Origin: Callorhinchus milii
Taxonomy: Eukaryota
Assembly: GCF_018977255.1 (NCBI RefSeq)
Contig: NW_024704743.1
Location: 54,934,001 to 54,998,000, forward strand
Direction of reading: 5' to 3'
DNA: 64,000 nt
Below, piece after piece: positions 51,573 through 64,000 of this stretch (its first letter is position 1; every line of letters begins with the position of its first letter). Below the pieces are notes generated by a model. The model was given only the letters and a program-made list of their open reading frames with translations, had not been told where the DNA came from and searched no databases. The position numbers and the translations under genes are program-made.

Positions 51573-52014
51573 TGTAAATGTGGATGTGGCCTACGTTTTA
51601 TTTAATTTATTTTTAAAAACAAATTATAACATAGATGTAATCATATATCATAGATTTCAGCCTTAAACAATGTTAAAATGGAAACAAACTTCAGGAAGTT
51701 ACAATAACATTTATAAGTAAGCATTAATAGCACAAAATTTAGAGATTGTGAGGAGTTCAATATTATTCATCCTCTGGCTTTTTCCATTAACTCAGGAATT
51801 CCCTAAGTCACTCCCGCTTTGTCTCAACTTCATCTGAATGATTTTCACAAATAAACACACTGTTACTGTGATGGTCATCAACCTTCCAATGCACACCTTC
51901 AAGTGCTTGCATAGTCCATTTCTCTTGGAGTGCAGTTGCTGAATGAATGAACTCTGATGTCCTCTATATCCTTTATTGAGGCAACAAAAAAAGTTATTTT
52001 CAATTTCTTCAAAA

Positions 52015-52287
52015 CAATAATAATAATAATAATCCTTGCATTTGATATAGCGCTTTTCACGTCGGGAGGACGTCCCAAAGCGCTTCACAGAACACACTGT
52101 AAAGTGAATTGACTGTATATTTGTGGGCGAACGCGGCAGCCAATTGCGCATAGCAATGTCCCACAACCAGTCGTAGATTGAAAATGACCAATTTATTGTT
52201 GTTTTTGTTTTTTAGAGGGATTATTATTGGGCGTGTGGAGTAAGGAAACTTGCCCAAGGTTTCGCCCTGCCTGGAATTGAACTCAGT
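52015..52287 (-). mobile_element. Young tRNA-Ala SINE (family A), 5'-truncated just before the B box
   Basis: rc of family A from ctgagttcaattcc to the tail. Confidence 0.93.
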
Positions 52288-53337
52288 TCAGGGCGAAATT
52301 CCTGCACATACTAGCATTAAGTCTGGATTTTTTGAGATTTTAACCTGTTTTATGTTGATTTCCTGCCATAGCATTCCATTTTCGTGCACTCGTTTTATTT
52401 AGCAACACGTGGCTTTCATCGTCTAAAATCTGAAGACATTTTTTTCACAAGTCCATATGACAGCTGAAGCTGGCCAGCATTTAGAATTGAATTTGCTGCC
52501 CTGTCCTATAATGGAGATGCAATATTGATAGCATTAAAAGGACAGTTACCAGGATACAGACATAACTCACAAGTAATAATCATTACATCACATATCACAT
52601 TTTCCAACCCATAGCTCTTATCCTTTTCCAGAAACGTGGTCTGTCTCAACCTAAAATAGTGGGTCACAGAATCAATATTAGTATTACTAATCCCCACCTT
52701 GGGTGCAAATCCTTGTCTGCGCGTGGTCTTAGTATGTCCTCCTGATTTGTTGTTGTTGCATTAATATAATTTGGTTGTTATGTGGTGACATAACTACCAC
52801 TGAATATATAAATCATTTCTATTAACCGTTGCTCTTAATTTCTAAATCATATATAAAACATCATAACAGCAGTAATACTCCAGTAGAGTGCTTACAAGTA
52901 ATTGGAGCAGAAATAATTTAATGGTCCACTAAAGTGCACTTGGGAGACAAGCACAGATTTTTATTTCCCTGCTGTGGTTGCTGCTGTATCAGATTATATT
53001 TGATGCCGAGACATCCCATGAGATGAATAGTTTATTTAGGGAATAAAGGTTAGAAGCAGCTCGCATAGCTGAATGGGAAGCATTAGTAGGCCCTGTGCAT
53101 TAATAACAATGACAAACTACATTCCACAAACAAAAGAGTATTGAGTAGAAAACTAAATCCTTCCCATGCACATAAATAAGAGAACACAATGGCCTTCTGT
53201 AAATTGGTGAGAAGCAGAGGTGATGATAATACAAGATTAGTTTGTTTGGAATTTGGGCATGGAACTATGGTCTTAGATTTCAAATGATCAACAAGCATCA
53301 AGTAAAACTGGACTTTGTAGGTCCTTATGATAAACCT

Positions 53338-53800
53338 TTAATAATAATAATAATCCTTGCATTTGATATAGTGCCTTATCACGTCTTTGAGACATTTCAA
53401 AGTGCTTCACAGAATATACTGTAAAGTGTAATGACTGTATGTTTTGTGGGCGAACATATTCTCCAGAGAGAAGTAGAAAATAATATGATTATAGTGACAT
53501 AGTGTCTTATCATGTCGTTGAGATCTCTCAAACGCCTCACTGGATTTTATTATGGAGTGTAGTGATTCTGTATTTGTAGGCCAACAAAGCAGCCAATTTG
53601 CGTGCAGTATTTTCGCACTAACAGCCATGAAGTCAGTAATCAGTTTTATTGGGAGAGTGGCTAGGGCACCTGAAGAAACTCCCTTCTCTTTTCAAATAGT
53701 GCCATGGGATCTTTAATATACAACTGGACAGGCAGATGGGACCTCAGTTTAGCATCTCATCCGAAGGACGGCATCTGTGACAATGCAGCGCTGTACTGCA
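53338..53800 (-). mobile_element. Family A/C SINE tail (53338-53457) plus degraded family C SINE
   Basis: Two tails in series; centre ctcccttctcttttcaaatagtgccatgggatcttta. Confidence 0.75.
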
Positions 53801-54341
53801 GTAGATATGTGGAAGAGAATCCCAACACAACGTTGATTAATCTCCTTCAAAGAGGAGCAGGAAGAATGTAGAGAGAATAGGTCTTTAAATGCTTTACTGG
53901 ATATAATAGTTCCTGCAATGAAGGGGATCGGGGTTAATGTTTGTGGACGGAAGCAGACCAGAGTTAAGTTGTATAATGGAGATGTGGTAATGTTGAATAT
54001 TTTGAAAATGTGGTTTGATAACTTAGGGAAGGAATGGCGTCTGGGGGCATTTCTGTAGAAACTTCCCACCAATGATTATATGGGTGAGTTGGAATCCATT
54101 GTTAAATTGTGTAAAGTCTAGGAAAAGAATAGGCTTGATGGGATAATTATCTTTTCTCCCTTCCATGTTTTCTGTGTCCGTATTTTGAGCTTGACTTGAT
54201 CTCAACTGTCACCTACATGCTCAATATTCTATCATATCATAGCAAGTGGGACGTTTGAATAAAACACACAGCTCCTTGAGTCCTATATCTGCAATCACAT
54301 GCTTGAGTGGGAATGTCCCATTCCTTCGCTGTTCCAACGAA

Positions 54342-54765
54342 GCAACAACAACAACAACAAAATTACAGTTGTAAAGCACCTTTCACATCGGGAGGACATG
54401 CCAAGGTGCTGAACAGTCAGAGATTAGGACCCGAGCACGGGGGTCAGGGTTGGAATCAGGGAGGGCAGAGGCATAGGAGGGTGGCTGAAGGCATGGTCGA
54501 AAAGGAGGGTCTTGAGTCATGCCTTAAAGGAGGCAAGGGAGGGAGCAAGGCAAAGGGACTGTGGGATGGAGTTCCAAATGGTGGGGGCAAAGAGGCTGAA
54601 ATCCTAACCGCCGATGGTAGGGCAGGTCGGCCAGGGGACATGGAGCAGGCTGGAGACTGCTGAACGGAGGGATCGGACAGGTTGATAGGGAGTCAGCAGG
54701 TCAGAGAGGTAGGAGAGGGCAAGGCCGTGGAGGGTCTTGAAAGTGAGGACGAGGATTTTGAATTT
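54342..54765 (-). mobile_element. L2 LINE 3' fragment
   Basis: (caa)n, tttcacatcgggaggacatgccaagg tail, and body matching other L2 copies. Confidence 0.9.
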
Positions 54766-54883
54766 ATTATTGGTTTTTTTGAGAGATTATTATCAGGCAT
54801 GTGGAGTAAGGAAACTTGGTCAAGGTTTCGGATGATCTGCAGCTTGTGGAGGGAAAAGTTAGGGAGGCCGAGAAGGAGGGAGC

Positions 54884-55300
54884 TTCAGTAGCACAACGGA
54901 AGCTCATCTATCTCCTCGGCACCTTACAGCCCTCTGGCTGATTTTAACCACTTTAAACCTTAAACACAGATTCCATCTTCTTTCAGCCTTGTCTCCTCCC
55001 TCCCTCTTTTCTATAACCATTAACACATCCTCTGCATCTCAGACACATAATTTCTCTTTATTTTCTCCCACTATTGCCTTCTTTTGTCATCACTATTGCC
55101 ATCAACGCCTCTGATCTCACATTTACAGTCCTCGGCCTAATTTCTTGCTTTGTTTTTCTTTGCCCGATCCCTTCTGTTTGTCCTTATAAACGTCCCCCAG
55201 TTCTGACGAAAGGTCATCATCCTGAAACGTTAGACTCACTTTCCTCTCTCCATAGATGGTGCCTGACCTGTTGTGTTCCCAGTGACTTCTGCTTTATGTT
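54884..55300 (+). mobile_element. Penelope-like element 3' end (GIY-YIG C-terminus plus terminal repeat)
   Basis: gca caa cgg aag ctc atc tat ctc ctc ggc acc tta cag ccc tct ggc = AQRKLIYLLGTLQPSG, like recalled PLE endonuclease ends (LIxxLGTLQPxGLN); then a pyrimidine-rich UTR and a hammerhead-like motif. Confidence 0.75.
55198..55237 (+). ncRNA. Minimal hammerhead ribozyme-like motif (PLE-associated)
   Basis: agtt-CTGACGA-a-agg(tcatcat)cct-GAAA-cg-tt-a-gact: both core boxes, stem II agg/cct, palindromic aacgtt stem III, short stem I agtt/gact. Confidence 0.55.
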
Positions 55301-56744
55301 CCATTCATGTGTTTTTTTTATCACAAAGCACTTCTGTAATCTCCTAGTTTGCCATCTCAATGGTTCACTTATCTGGCTCTGAAGTTTGGTATAAATACAC
55401 TGTGTTTACAAAACGTTCAAAAATCTGCTTTTAAATACAACTGAAATTTATGAGAGGCAAGTTAGCTTATTAATGATCAAAACCCTGATTGGAAACTTTT
55501 AACGGTACAATTTAAGTACTGGATAACAGTTCAGAGAGCGATCAAAGAGCACTTTCTAAGGGACTTTTGTTGAAGGATGTCCCGTGATTATCAGTGTTTG
55601 TGTTTGTGTCTTATTTATTTCTAATCTTGCATTTTTTGATCCTTATTTTAATAAATATTTAATTTGCAAAACATACGCCCATAAAGTAATATTGCGCTCC
55701 TGTCTGTAGAATTGAGACTTGGTGACCACAACAGTCATGAGGATGGAGTTGCAAGATCTTGTTAAAAGCTTCACCTACACACCTATGTGTTACCCGGAAA
55801 GGGTGCAGTTAGAGTTCATAAGACATGCAACAGTCTGCTTATGTCAATTATAGACACCCATTATTCCAGAATAGCTTCTGAAAGACCTTTCGAATGTTAC
55901 AGTCCTATTTTGAAGTTGTTTTTCAGAGCTTGACTCACTTCAGCTAGAAGTGTAGCAGTCAGTACATCTCCTCTCTTGCATGAAGTGAGTTCTGTCAGCT
56001 ACACAGTAGGAAATTTCTAAACCTACCCAAGAAGCAAACAAAGTAATCTAGCAGAATTAAATTGCTTTTAAAATGCTAATTAAATGTGTAGTGCAAACAA
56101 AGTATTGAATAAATGACTTTATGATATGTTAAATGGTTTTGCTTAAGAGCTGATGACTGTTACTGTTTACTTCATGGCTCTTACGTTATTTAATAGAAAT
56201 ATTTATCAAATTACTTCATCAATCAAACAGCTTTTATTATATGTGTTTCAGACCAAGTTACATGTATAAATCTCTCAGCATCATGTCGCGTCTTTACCAG
56301 CTGATTTATGTTTATGCGCTGTTCTCAATTCCTTCAGTGATTTTTAGTGCCTGTGGACTTGATTATTGTCATGTTCATTGTGACAAGCAGATGAAAGGTT
56401 ATTTACCAGATAGACATTGGAACCCTGAATGTACTCAGCCACGAGCCCAAGGCATTAACACAGCTTGCTTTGTGTCGAATGCACTTAGAGAATGCAACGT
56501 ATATGGCTATTATATATTACTTCAGAAAAGCGGTTGCAGTCTAGGATTTCAGCAATCCTTTGACAAATGTATTGATAATCATTATTTAAAATATGGCAAT
56601 TTTAGGGGAGTGATATGCAAGTCTTGTACTTAGTGCAAATAATATTGGTGAGTTTGTCCAATATTGTGTCTATTACTATAAAGTTATTGTTATGAAAGTA
56701 TCAGTCCGCTTATCATGAATCAACTTTTTCTGAAGGTATTTGGT

Positions 56745-56892
56745 TTTAGATTGATAATTGATGAAATTCCACACAGTGTTTCTTGGGTTCCAAATTAAGA
56801 CTGAGCTTAAGAATTTTTCACAATTCTGCATAATTTTAATTTTAAGACAAAATGGTTTTATAGGCAAAGACTAGGTAGAAATTCAGGCCTTA
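56745..56892. mobile_element. MITE family M, right half
   Basis: ttccaaattaagactgagcttaagaatttttcacaattctgcataat..aagactaggtagaaattcaggcc; rc-similar to 13290-13370. Confidence 0.6.
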
Positions 56893-56988
56893 AAGTGTAT
56901 AGGTTAAATGCTGTTTGCAATGGTCTGTTGTTAATTGGAATGCAATTTTCAGACAATAGAAAGATCACTATAAAATATTTTAGTCATT

Positions 56989-57056
56989 CAATATTTTAAT
57001 CACTCAATTTCTGCCAAATAAAATGACTTGGCAGAACTTGAGTGATTAAAATATTG
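56989..57056. repeat. Near-perfect hairpin: 29-bp arms, 1 mismatch, 10-nt loop
   Basis: caatattttaatcactcaatttctgccaa / ttggcagaacttgagtgattaaaatattg. Confidence 0.92.
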
Positions 57057-59176
57057 TTCATGATGTTACATTCTGTTTATATAATAAATTATTGCTATTG
57101 TTTATTATTTATCAATTCTACTTAAGTCAAACTACTCCATTAATTAGACTGAATAAATACTTTTCATTTAACCTGCTGAATGACAGATACAATAATCCTT
57201 GCATTTGAAAAAGCGCCTTATATTCAAGACATCTCAAAGCGCTTCACTGAATTTATTGTAAAGTGAATTGACTGTATATTTATGAACATAAAGGCAGTCA
57301 GTCAGTTGTATAAGTGCTTCAAAAAATGCCCTGCATCAAAGGCGCTATATCAATCCAAGTTGTTGTTGTTCTTAATGTCACAAATGGTCACAATTTCCTC
57401 AGCATTCAGACAGATGAGAACATTTAAGAACAGTATACAGTGTGCACCAGAACTAAAGTAAGGCACAAAAAATGAAAATAACTGGGAATAACAACTAATA
57501 TTCCTTAGTCCTTAAAATGCAGGCCTTTCGTGGGATGCCAAAAATTCGGCAAATATATTTCCATTTCCAGACTTGGAATTATGAATCTGTCCATAGAAAT
57601 ATCATGTCCTAATTTTAAAAATCTCCGGGCAGAAATATACATGCATGAATGCAAAACTGCTGGATGTAGTGGCCCTGTATGATCTTTTTTTTACCCCTGT
57701 GGTGATATTCCATATAAATTCCAGATTATTAAACCAAACAAAAACATTGGCTGGAACTGGGTTTTAACTTTATCCTTTGAACTGAGAAACACAAAGAGCA
57801 TGTCAATACAGTGCTGGCTTTTTCTACAAAACTGCGTTTGATATTGGTGAAGAATGTTTCAAGGAAACCGCACAACTTACCACAGCAGAAGCTTTGTGTG
57901 TCAAGCCCAGACAGATCTCCTCAACCATCCAGTTTGTGAGACTCAGCTTTCGCCTCACACAATGTGCCGACTGTGCTTTCTGTGGAGTCTGGCACAGAGT
58001 GACTGGTAGTAATTGGAATTCAGGCTAAGACATCTGGTCTCCAGTTTCACACCAAATGCATGCTTTTTCTCCCTTTTCCTTTATTCACACAGCCAACTAC
58101 ATAAGCGCAGGAAGGTAGCAGTAGCAAGAAAAAAATAAGATCCTAAGAATAAGAAATGCAAATAAAACTCAGTACAATCACTTTAATAAGACAGTAACAT
58201 GAAGACTCCCTTAATTTTCATCTGTGCAATGACTGTTGATGATTAATAATGACTGTGCTTAAATACCATACAGCATTTGAAACTCTCATTGAAACAGATT
58301 CAAATATTGCAGTATAGTTATTCCATTTATGTAACGCAGTGAATATTCTGAGTTTGTAACTTACATTATTTAGTTTTCTATTCTTTCAGTTTCTGTATTG
58401 AGTGTATTCACATTACAGGATTACAATATCACCAACACCCTCTATTTACCTCATAAATTACATTTATCTACAATTGAACTTTTACTGGGTATCAAGGATC
58501 ACAGCTTCAAAACAAGGACAGCAATAGTGAATTGTCAGTGCATTCTGGCGGAATGTACTTCTGGATTTTTGTTCCCACAAGTTGAGAGGAATTCTAATTA
58601 CTTAACAAAGAATCTTGTAAATAAATAAAGTTAATTAGTTCCATTAATATATAATCATGTTGTATCCAGATACACTAATACAGTATTAGTAGAGAATTAT
58701 TGTGATCCGACAAGGGTTGATAATAATTATAATACTTGCATTTGATATGGTGGGAACGGAAGGATAATTCACATCTTAATATTACATTTGTTGAAAAATG
58801 TTTTTTTTCCATACACTTATTGAATTAAACCAAAATAATGTCATGAACAGACAGAACAATTGAAGAAAACAAACTAGAACCCAAGCACAAATAAGAACAA
58901 ATTCTATGAACTAGCAGGATTAAAGACAGATTTTTCAATAAATTTTATGACAGGCTAAATGAGAAAGGAAGTGTTTTGTAGGAAATAGAAAGTCTTGGTG
59001 AGGTCAAGATGACCTTGATATGGTAAACAATAAAATAATATCACAATAAATGAATCTAATTTCTTATGAACCAAATCTGCAATAGCTTGAACGCATACTT
59101 TCTCATGTAATGTGTCTTTTACAGCCATTACCAAGTCATCCTTGATATTTAATGCAGTCTAATTTGCATGACTTTA

Positions 59177-61520
59177 AGAACATAAGAACATAAGAATTAG
59201 GAGCAGGAGTAGGCCATTCGGCCCCTCGAGCCTGCCCCGCCATACGATAAGATCATGGCTGATCTTCTGACCTAACTCTGATTACCTGCCCTATTTCCAG
59301 ATCCCCTAATCCCTCTATTTTTAAAAAATCTATCAGTCTCAGCCTTGTAGATGTTCAAGGACTGAGCATCTGCAGCCTTCTGGGGTAGTGAATTCCATTA
59401 ATTCACTACCCTCTGAGTGAAGAAATGTTTCCTCAACTCTGTTCCAAAAGGCTGACCCTTAATTTTAAGACTGTGACCCCTGGTTATAGATTCTCCTACC
59501 AGGGGAAACAGACCCTCAGTGTCTACTTTATCAGCCCTTTAAGAATCTTACATGTTTCAATAAGGTCTCCCCTAATTCTCCTGTACTCTAGAGAATATAG
59601 CCCTAGTTTATTCAGCCTATCCTCATAGGTCAGTTCCCTCATCCCAGGAACTAACCGAGTGAATCTACACTGCACCCCCTCTAGGGCAAGTATGTCCTTT
59701 TTTAAATAAGGAGACCAAAACTGCACACAATACTCTAGATGCGGTCTCACCATACAGTTGCACCAAGACTTCCCTACTCTTGTACTCTAAACCTTTTGCA
59801 ATGAACACTAACATGCCGTTCGCCTTCTTAGTTGCTTGCTGCACCTGCAAACTAACTTTTTGAGACTGGTGTACAAGGACACCCAAATCCCTCTGAACAC
59901 TAACACTATCTAATCTCTCCCCCTCTAGAAAATAATCTGTTTTTCTATTTTTTCTACCTAGGTGAATAACTTCACACTTCCCCACATTAAATTCCATCTG
60001 CTACCTACTCACCCACTCCCCTAGCCTATCTATATCCCGTTGCAATCTTTTTGCATCATCCTCAGAGCTTACACTCCCACCTAGTTTAGTGTCATCTGCG
60101 AATTTAGATACGTAACATTCAATGTCCTCGTCTAGATCATTGATGTAAATTGTAAATAGCTGAGGCCCACGCACTGATCCTTGTGGCACTCCAATAGACA
60201 CATCCTGCCAATTCGAGAATAACCCGTTTATCCCTACTCTCTGTTTTCTACCCATTAGCCACTCTTCAATCCATGCTAATATGTTCCCATTAATCCCATG
60301 GGCCTTAATCTTGTGCAATAGCCTTTTGTGTGGCACTTTGTCAAATGCCTTTTTAAAATCTAAATATACTACATCTACTAGTTCCCCCCTATCTACAACA
60401 ACAACAACAAGATTCCATTTATAGAGCGCCTTTCACATCGGGAGGATGTCCCAAGGCGCTGTACAGTTGGGTCAGACCCGAGCAGGGGGGAAATGGTCAG
60501 GGTGAGGGGAGGGAAGGGAGGGAGCGAGGAGGGGGTAGAGAGTCGAGAGGGGAGCTGAAGGCACGGTCAAAGAGAAAGGTCTTGAGACCGGTCTTGAAGG
60601 AGGAAAGGGAGGAGGCGGCGAAGGCACTGGGGATAGAGTTCCAGAGCCTCGGGGCTGAGAGGCTGAAGGCCCGGCCACCGATTGTAGGGCGGTTGGGGCG
60701 GGGGATGTGGAGCAGACCGGAGCCAGAGGAATGGAGGGTACAGGCAGGTAGGTAGGGGGATAGTAGGTCAGAGAGGTAGGAGGGAGCAAGGCCGTGAATG
60801 GCCTTGTAGGTTAGGATGAGGATCTTGAATTCGAACCTGCTAGATACATCTTCAAAAAACTCTAAAAGATTAGCTAAGCATGACTTCCCTTTTGTAAAGC
60901 CATGTTGACTCTGCCTAATCTTGTTATGGTCTTCCAGGAATCCCATAACGACATCTTTAATTAAGGGCTCAAGAATTTTCCCTACCACTGATGTCAGACT
61001 AACCGGTCTATAGTTCCCAATCTTTTCTCTCCCACCCTTCTTAAATAGTGGTGTTACGTTTGCAATCTTCCAATCAATGGGAACCGTTCCAGAATCCAGA
61101 GAATTTTGGAAGATCAAAGACAAGTCATCCACTACCTCAGTAGCCACCTCTTTTAAAACCCTAGGATGTAGGCCATCAGGTCCAGGAGATTTATCAGTTT
61201 TAAGACCTGACGATTTACCTAAAACCATTTCTTTACTAATATTAATTCCTCCAAGTTGCTCACTAACATTGTCTACTCGGTTCCCCTCTATTTTTGGTAG
61301 GTATTCAGTGTCTTCTAAGGTGAAGACAGTAGCAAAGTACTTGTTTAAAGACTGCCATGTCTTTGTCCCCTACTATAATTCCCCCTGTCTCTGCCTGTAA
61401 CGGACCCACATTTACCTTTGACAGCCTCTTCCTCTTTATATATTTATAAAAACTCTTGCAGTCTGTCTTTATGTTCTGCGCTAGTTTTCTCCCTCTTAAT
61501 CACTTTTTTGGTTCTTTCTT
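59177..61520 (-). mobile_element. 5'-truncated CR1 LINE interrupted by an L2 insertion
   Basis: [70 protein letters not shown]; 3' (aagaacat)n repeats at 59177-59196. Confidence 0.96.
60396..60835 (-). mobile_element. Young L2 3' fragment nested in CR1
   Basis: FEFKILILTYKAIHGLAPSYLSDLL..GGRAFSLSAPRLWNS; CpG-rich; (caa)n tail; CR1 resumes as cccctatcta | cctgctagataca. Confidence 0.95.
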
Positions 61521-61656
61521 AACAAGGAATCTGATGTTCACAAATAGGATACCGGCAGGGTGGATGTCGAGCAGGCATGGGAAGAGGAGAAGAGGGAAGG
61601 ACGTGTCCATAGGTACGGTCAAAGAGTACAGTTTTAAGTTGGTAACTTGAAGACAG

Positions 61657-62052
61657 ATAATAATAATAATCCTTGCATTTGATATTATGTCTTCGAGATG
61701 TCTCAAAACGCTTCACAGAATATACTGTAAAGTAAATTGACTATTTTGTGGGCAAAATGCAGCAACCAATTGTGCACAGCAGTGTCCCACAAACAGTCGT
61801 GGATTGAAGTAACCGATTTATTATTTTTTTTAAAAAGAATTATTACTCCCAGAAAAGCGATCTCCCAATTGACTAACAACCAGGTTGCTACTTACTGCTA
61901 GGAAAACAGAGCCATGTGGAGTAAGGAAACTTGCACAACGTTTCACCCTGCCGGGAATCAAACCCAGGTCCCTCGCTTGCTTTATAAATGGAATCTTGTT
62001 GTTGTTGTTGTTGTTGCGAGGCAAGTGCTCTAACTATGAGCTACAGGATTCC
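61657..62052 (-). mobile_element. tRNA-Ala SINE, long form (family B), with a 37-nt L2-tail insertion
   Basis: Full B structure; insertion at 61981-62017 in the anticodon loop. Confidence 0.88.
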
Positions 62053-62059
62053 ACCAGAT

Positions 62060-62295
62060 GGGGGGGAGATAGAGATGGGGGAAGCAAGATGGAGGGATCC
62101 AGTGAGGAAGCTCCTGTGGTTGGAAATATAGAATTGGAAAGCTCAAGCGTGGAATGAGGAGCTGCTGGCTGATGTGGGCAGGGTTGTGGAGGGGAATGGG
62201 AGGTGCAGCAGGCAAGTGGCATAGGAGAACAACAAAGACCTAGGGAGGTGCTAAGGTGTAAATACTTTTATAGGTGAGGGTGAGGACCTTGAAAT
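62060..62295 (-). mobile_element. Old L2 fragment
   Basis: Degenerate match ending in ggtgagggtgaggaccttgaaa. Confidence 0.55.
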
Positions 62296-62724
62296 GTTCT
62301 TGACCTTGAAATTCTGCCTCAACAGTTTCATGAAAGAGAATGTGGCATCCCAACTAATCTTTCCCCTCACAAACAGCTGTGTGAAGCTCTTTGAGACATT
62401 TCTCTTCAACCCCCCCCCCACCCCAACATGAAATGCACTATAGAAATATCAATTATTGTTTTGAAAAAAGAGATGGGACTCATATAATGGTCTGGATCTG
62501 TTATTCCTAGTTTGGTTGTGAATTGGGAGAACATGCTGAGATGTTACATTCATTGAAGTCTGATCAATAACGTTCCTCTTCATCGATCTCTCTCTTTTGC
62601 AAACATATGAACCACTCTTAAAAATAGGTGCAAAATTGATTTCATAATCCCCCAGTGTTCCCTGTTCAGGTGTGTGATAGATGGTAAAAATGTAAGCAGT
62701 CAAATAACCTCAGGATACCCAAAT

Positions 62725-63045
62725 AATGGGGCTATTATTTAAAATCCCTTCATACCCTCGCACCTCCTAACCTATCCAATCTGGTTACCCCCCACTCCAC
62801 CACCTGCTGCCTCTGCTCAGCAGGCTCTGGCCTCCTATTTCTCCCTCGTCCCCTCCGCCCCACCATCAGTGGCTGTGCCTTCAGCCACTATGCCCCGAAA
62901 CTGTCAATCCCACCACCTTGCCGCCTCCCTCCCCACTTTTAAATCCCGCCTAAAGATCTTCCTTTTTGATCGTGCTTTTGGTCATCTGCCCCCTCTGTCT
63001 CCCTCCTTATCAGACTCCACCAATGTTAAGCGCTCCGGGATGGTA
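62725..63045 (+). mobile_element. L2 LINE 3' fragment
   Basis: LAASLPTFKSRLKIFLFDRAF; partial tail gttaagcgctccgggatg. Confidence 0.8.
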
Positions 63046-64000
63046 CTAATTTCCACAGACGATTGAGAAATGTTCGTTTAAATGCTGAAAGCTGCCAAAG
63101 TGTGGGAAGTAAAACTCAGACACTAAACTATGCCAGTTTTTCAGAAATCATTAAGCCTATTCGGACCAATGTAGTCCCAAGTGAGTACAAACTCCAATGA
63201 GTATTTTCCACCCCTCTTGGAAATATCAGAAATTGCAATTAGATACCTCATGCTATGTACATTTCCAAGGGGCTTGCAATTACCTTACTCAAGTGACTTC
63301 TTCATGTCTCAGCTCAGATAGTGACTGTGGCAATCTGTTGACCATAGGGGTCATCATAACAAGCAGTGGATCCTGTCCTCACCATAGGCCTGATGTTCTT
63401 CCGGTCTTAGCTTATAAAACTATTTTGTCTTAAAAGTTAAAACTGAGCACAATTGTGGAAATTTGTTAAATCCAATCAATTTAGAAGCTATTTATTTTTT
63501 AAGCAACAGTTTGCAATCTTATATTTTCAGACAGTATGGACTTATAGGTTAACATGAGTTTGGGAATTTGGGATCTCCAATGTACACACAACTGCATTCC
63601 CCAGAAAGGTGAGTGGGGTCGCTGAACAGTATTCAGTAGCAGGAACCCTGGCTGAGCTTCTACACCTCAACAGCCTAATGGTAGTGAAGTGAGGTCCAGT
63701 TATAAAAGTAAGGTTACATTTGCATCAATGGAAATGTTTCATATGAAGCAGAGACTTTATCAATTGTTCTGTGTGGACTGCATTTGCTAACTTTTGAAAT
63801 CCAACTCCTTTTTAACTACTGTTTCAAAATGTATACTGGTACATGTGATGGCAAGCTAGAATTATTGCATGCTTCTCAGTTTGGAAACTTGGCAAAGTAC
63901 CTTGGACTCAAAGCAATGCCTATTTATTTTGTTGTTTTGGAATGAGCGCATTTGAAACTGGATCCTGTTTAGTTTGAACAACAGTAGCATGAAAATGGTC

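Noticed and set aside
51860..51980. LNKGY..K...LCKHLKVC resembling FRAS1 LGPGY..K...LYKHLNLKSC
   Set aside because: About 8 of 27 identities found after many comparisons, needs indels, and lies 50 kb from the real match; probably chance.
52260..52300. Inverted copy (cagggcgaaa) at the 5' break of a SINE as another snap-back junction
   Set aside because: gggcgaaattcc equally fits the terminus of the local MITE families, so the origin is ambiguous.
53810..54190. Possible Penelope RT fragment on the minus strand
   Set aside because: Only vague motif echoes (LFLD); too degraded to support.
55710..55790. LRLGDHN resembling the trypsin-family VRLGEHN motif
   Set aside because: Stop codon soon after, and no catalytic His/Asp/Ser exons nearby.
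1..64000. Prokaryotic systems (CRISPR, operons, defence islands, retrons)
   Set aside because: Vertebrate repeat-rich DNA; no repeat-spacer array or gene-dense region, and all RT fragments belong to LINEs.

Overview
AT-rich vertebrate genomic DNA, intronic or intergenic in character. The repeat content (CR1 and L2 LINE fragments, tRNA-derived Deu-type SINEs, Penelope remnants) suggests a cartilaginous fish, possibly a holocephalan such as Callorhinchus; this is inference from recalled repeat families, not a search. I see no intact protein-coding gene, rRNA, true tRNA or CRISPR array. Nearly all recognisable ORFs in the track are pieces of CR1/L2 reverse transcriptase or chance read-throughs of SINEs. 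The one host-gene signal is a disabled exon on the minus strand (1331-1186) that closely resembles the C-terminal region of FRAS1, with an intact splice acceptor and a 10-nt frameshifting insertion; I found no convincing neighbouring FRAS1 exons. Other points of interest: three SINE lineages that share modules, a SINE-into-SINE insertion with a ~137-nt duplication, templated extra bases at SINE 5' junctions, an 82-nt templated insertion, a Penelope end with a minimal hammerhead motif, several fold-back hairpins and MITEs, and nested insertions. I cannot support a claim of a new biological system. Boundaries of old repeats are approximate (about +/-20-50 nt).
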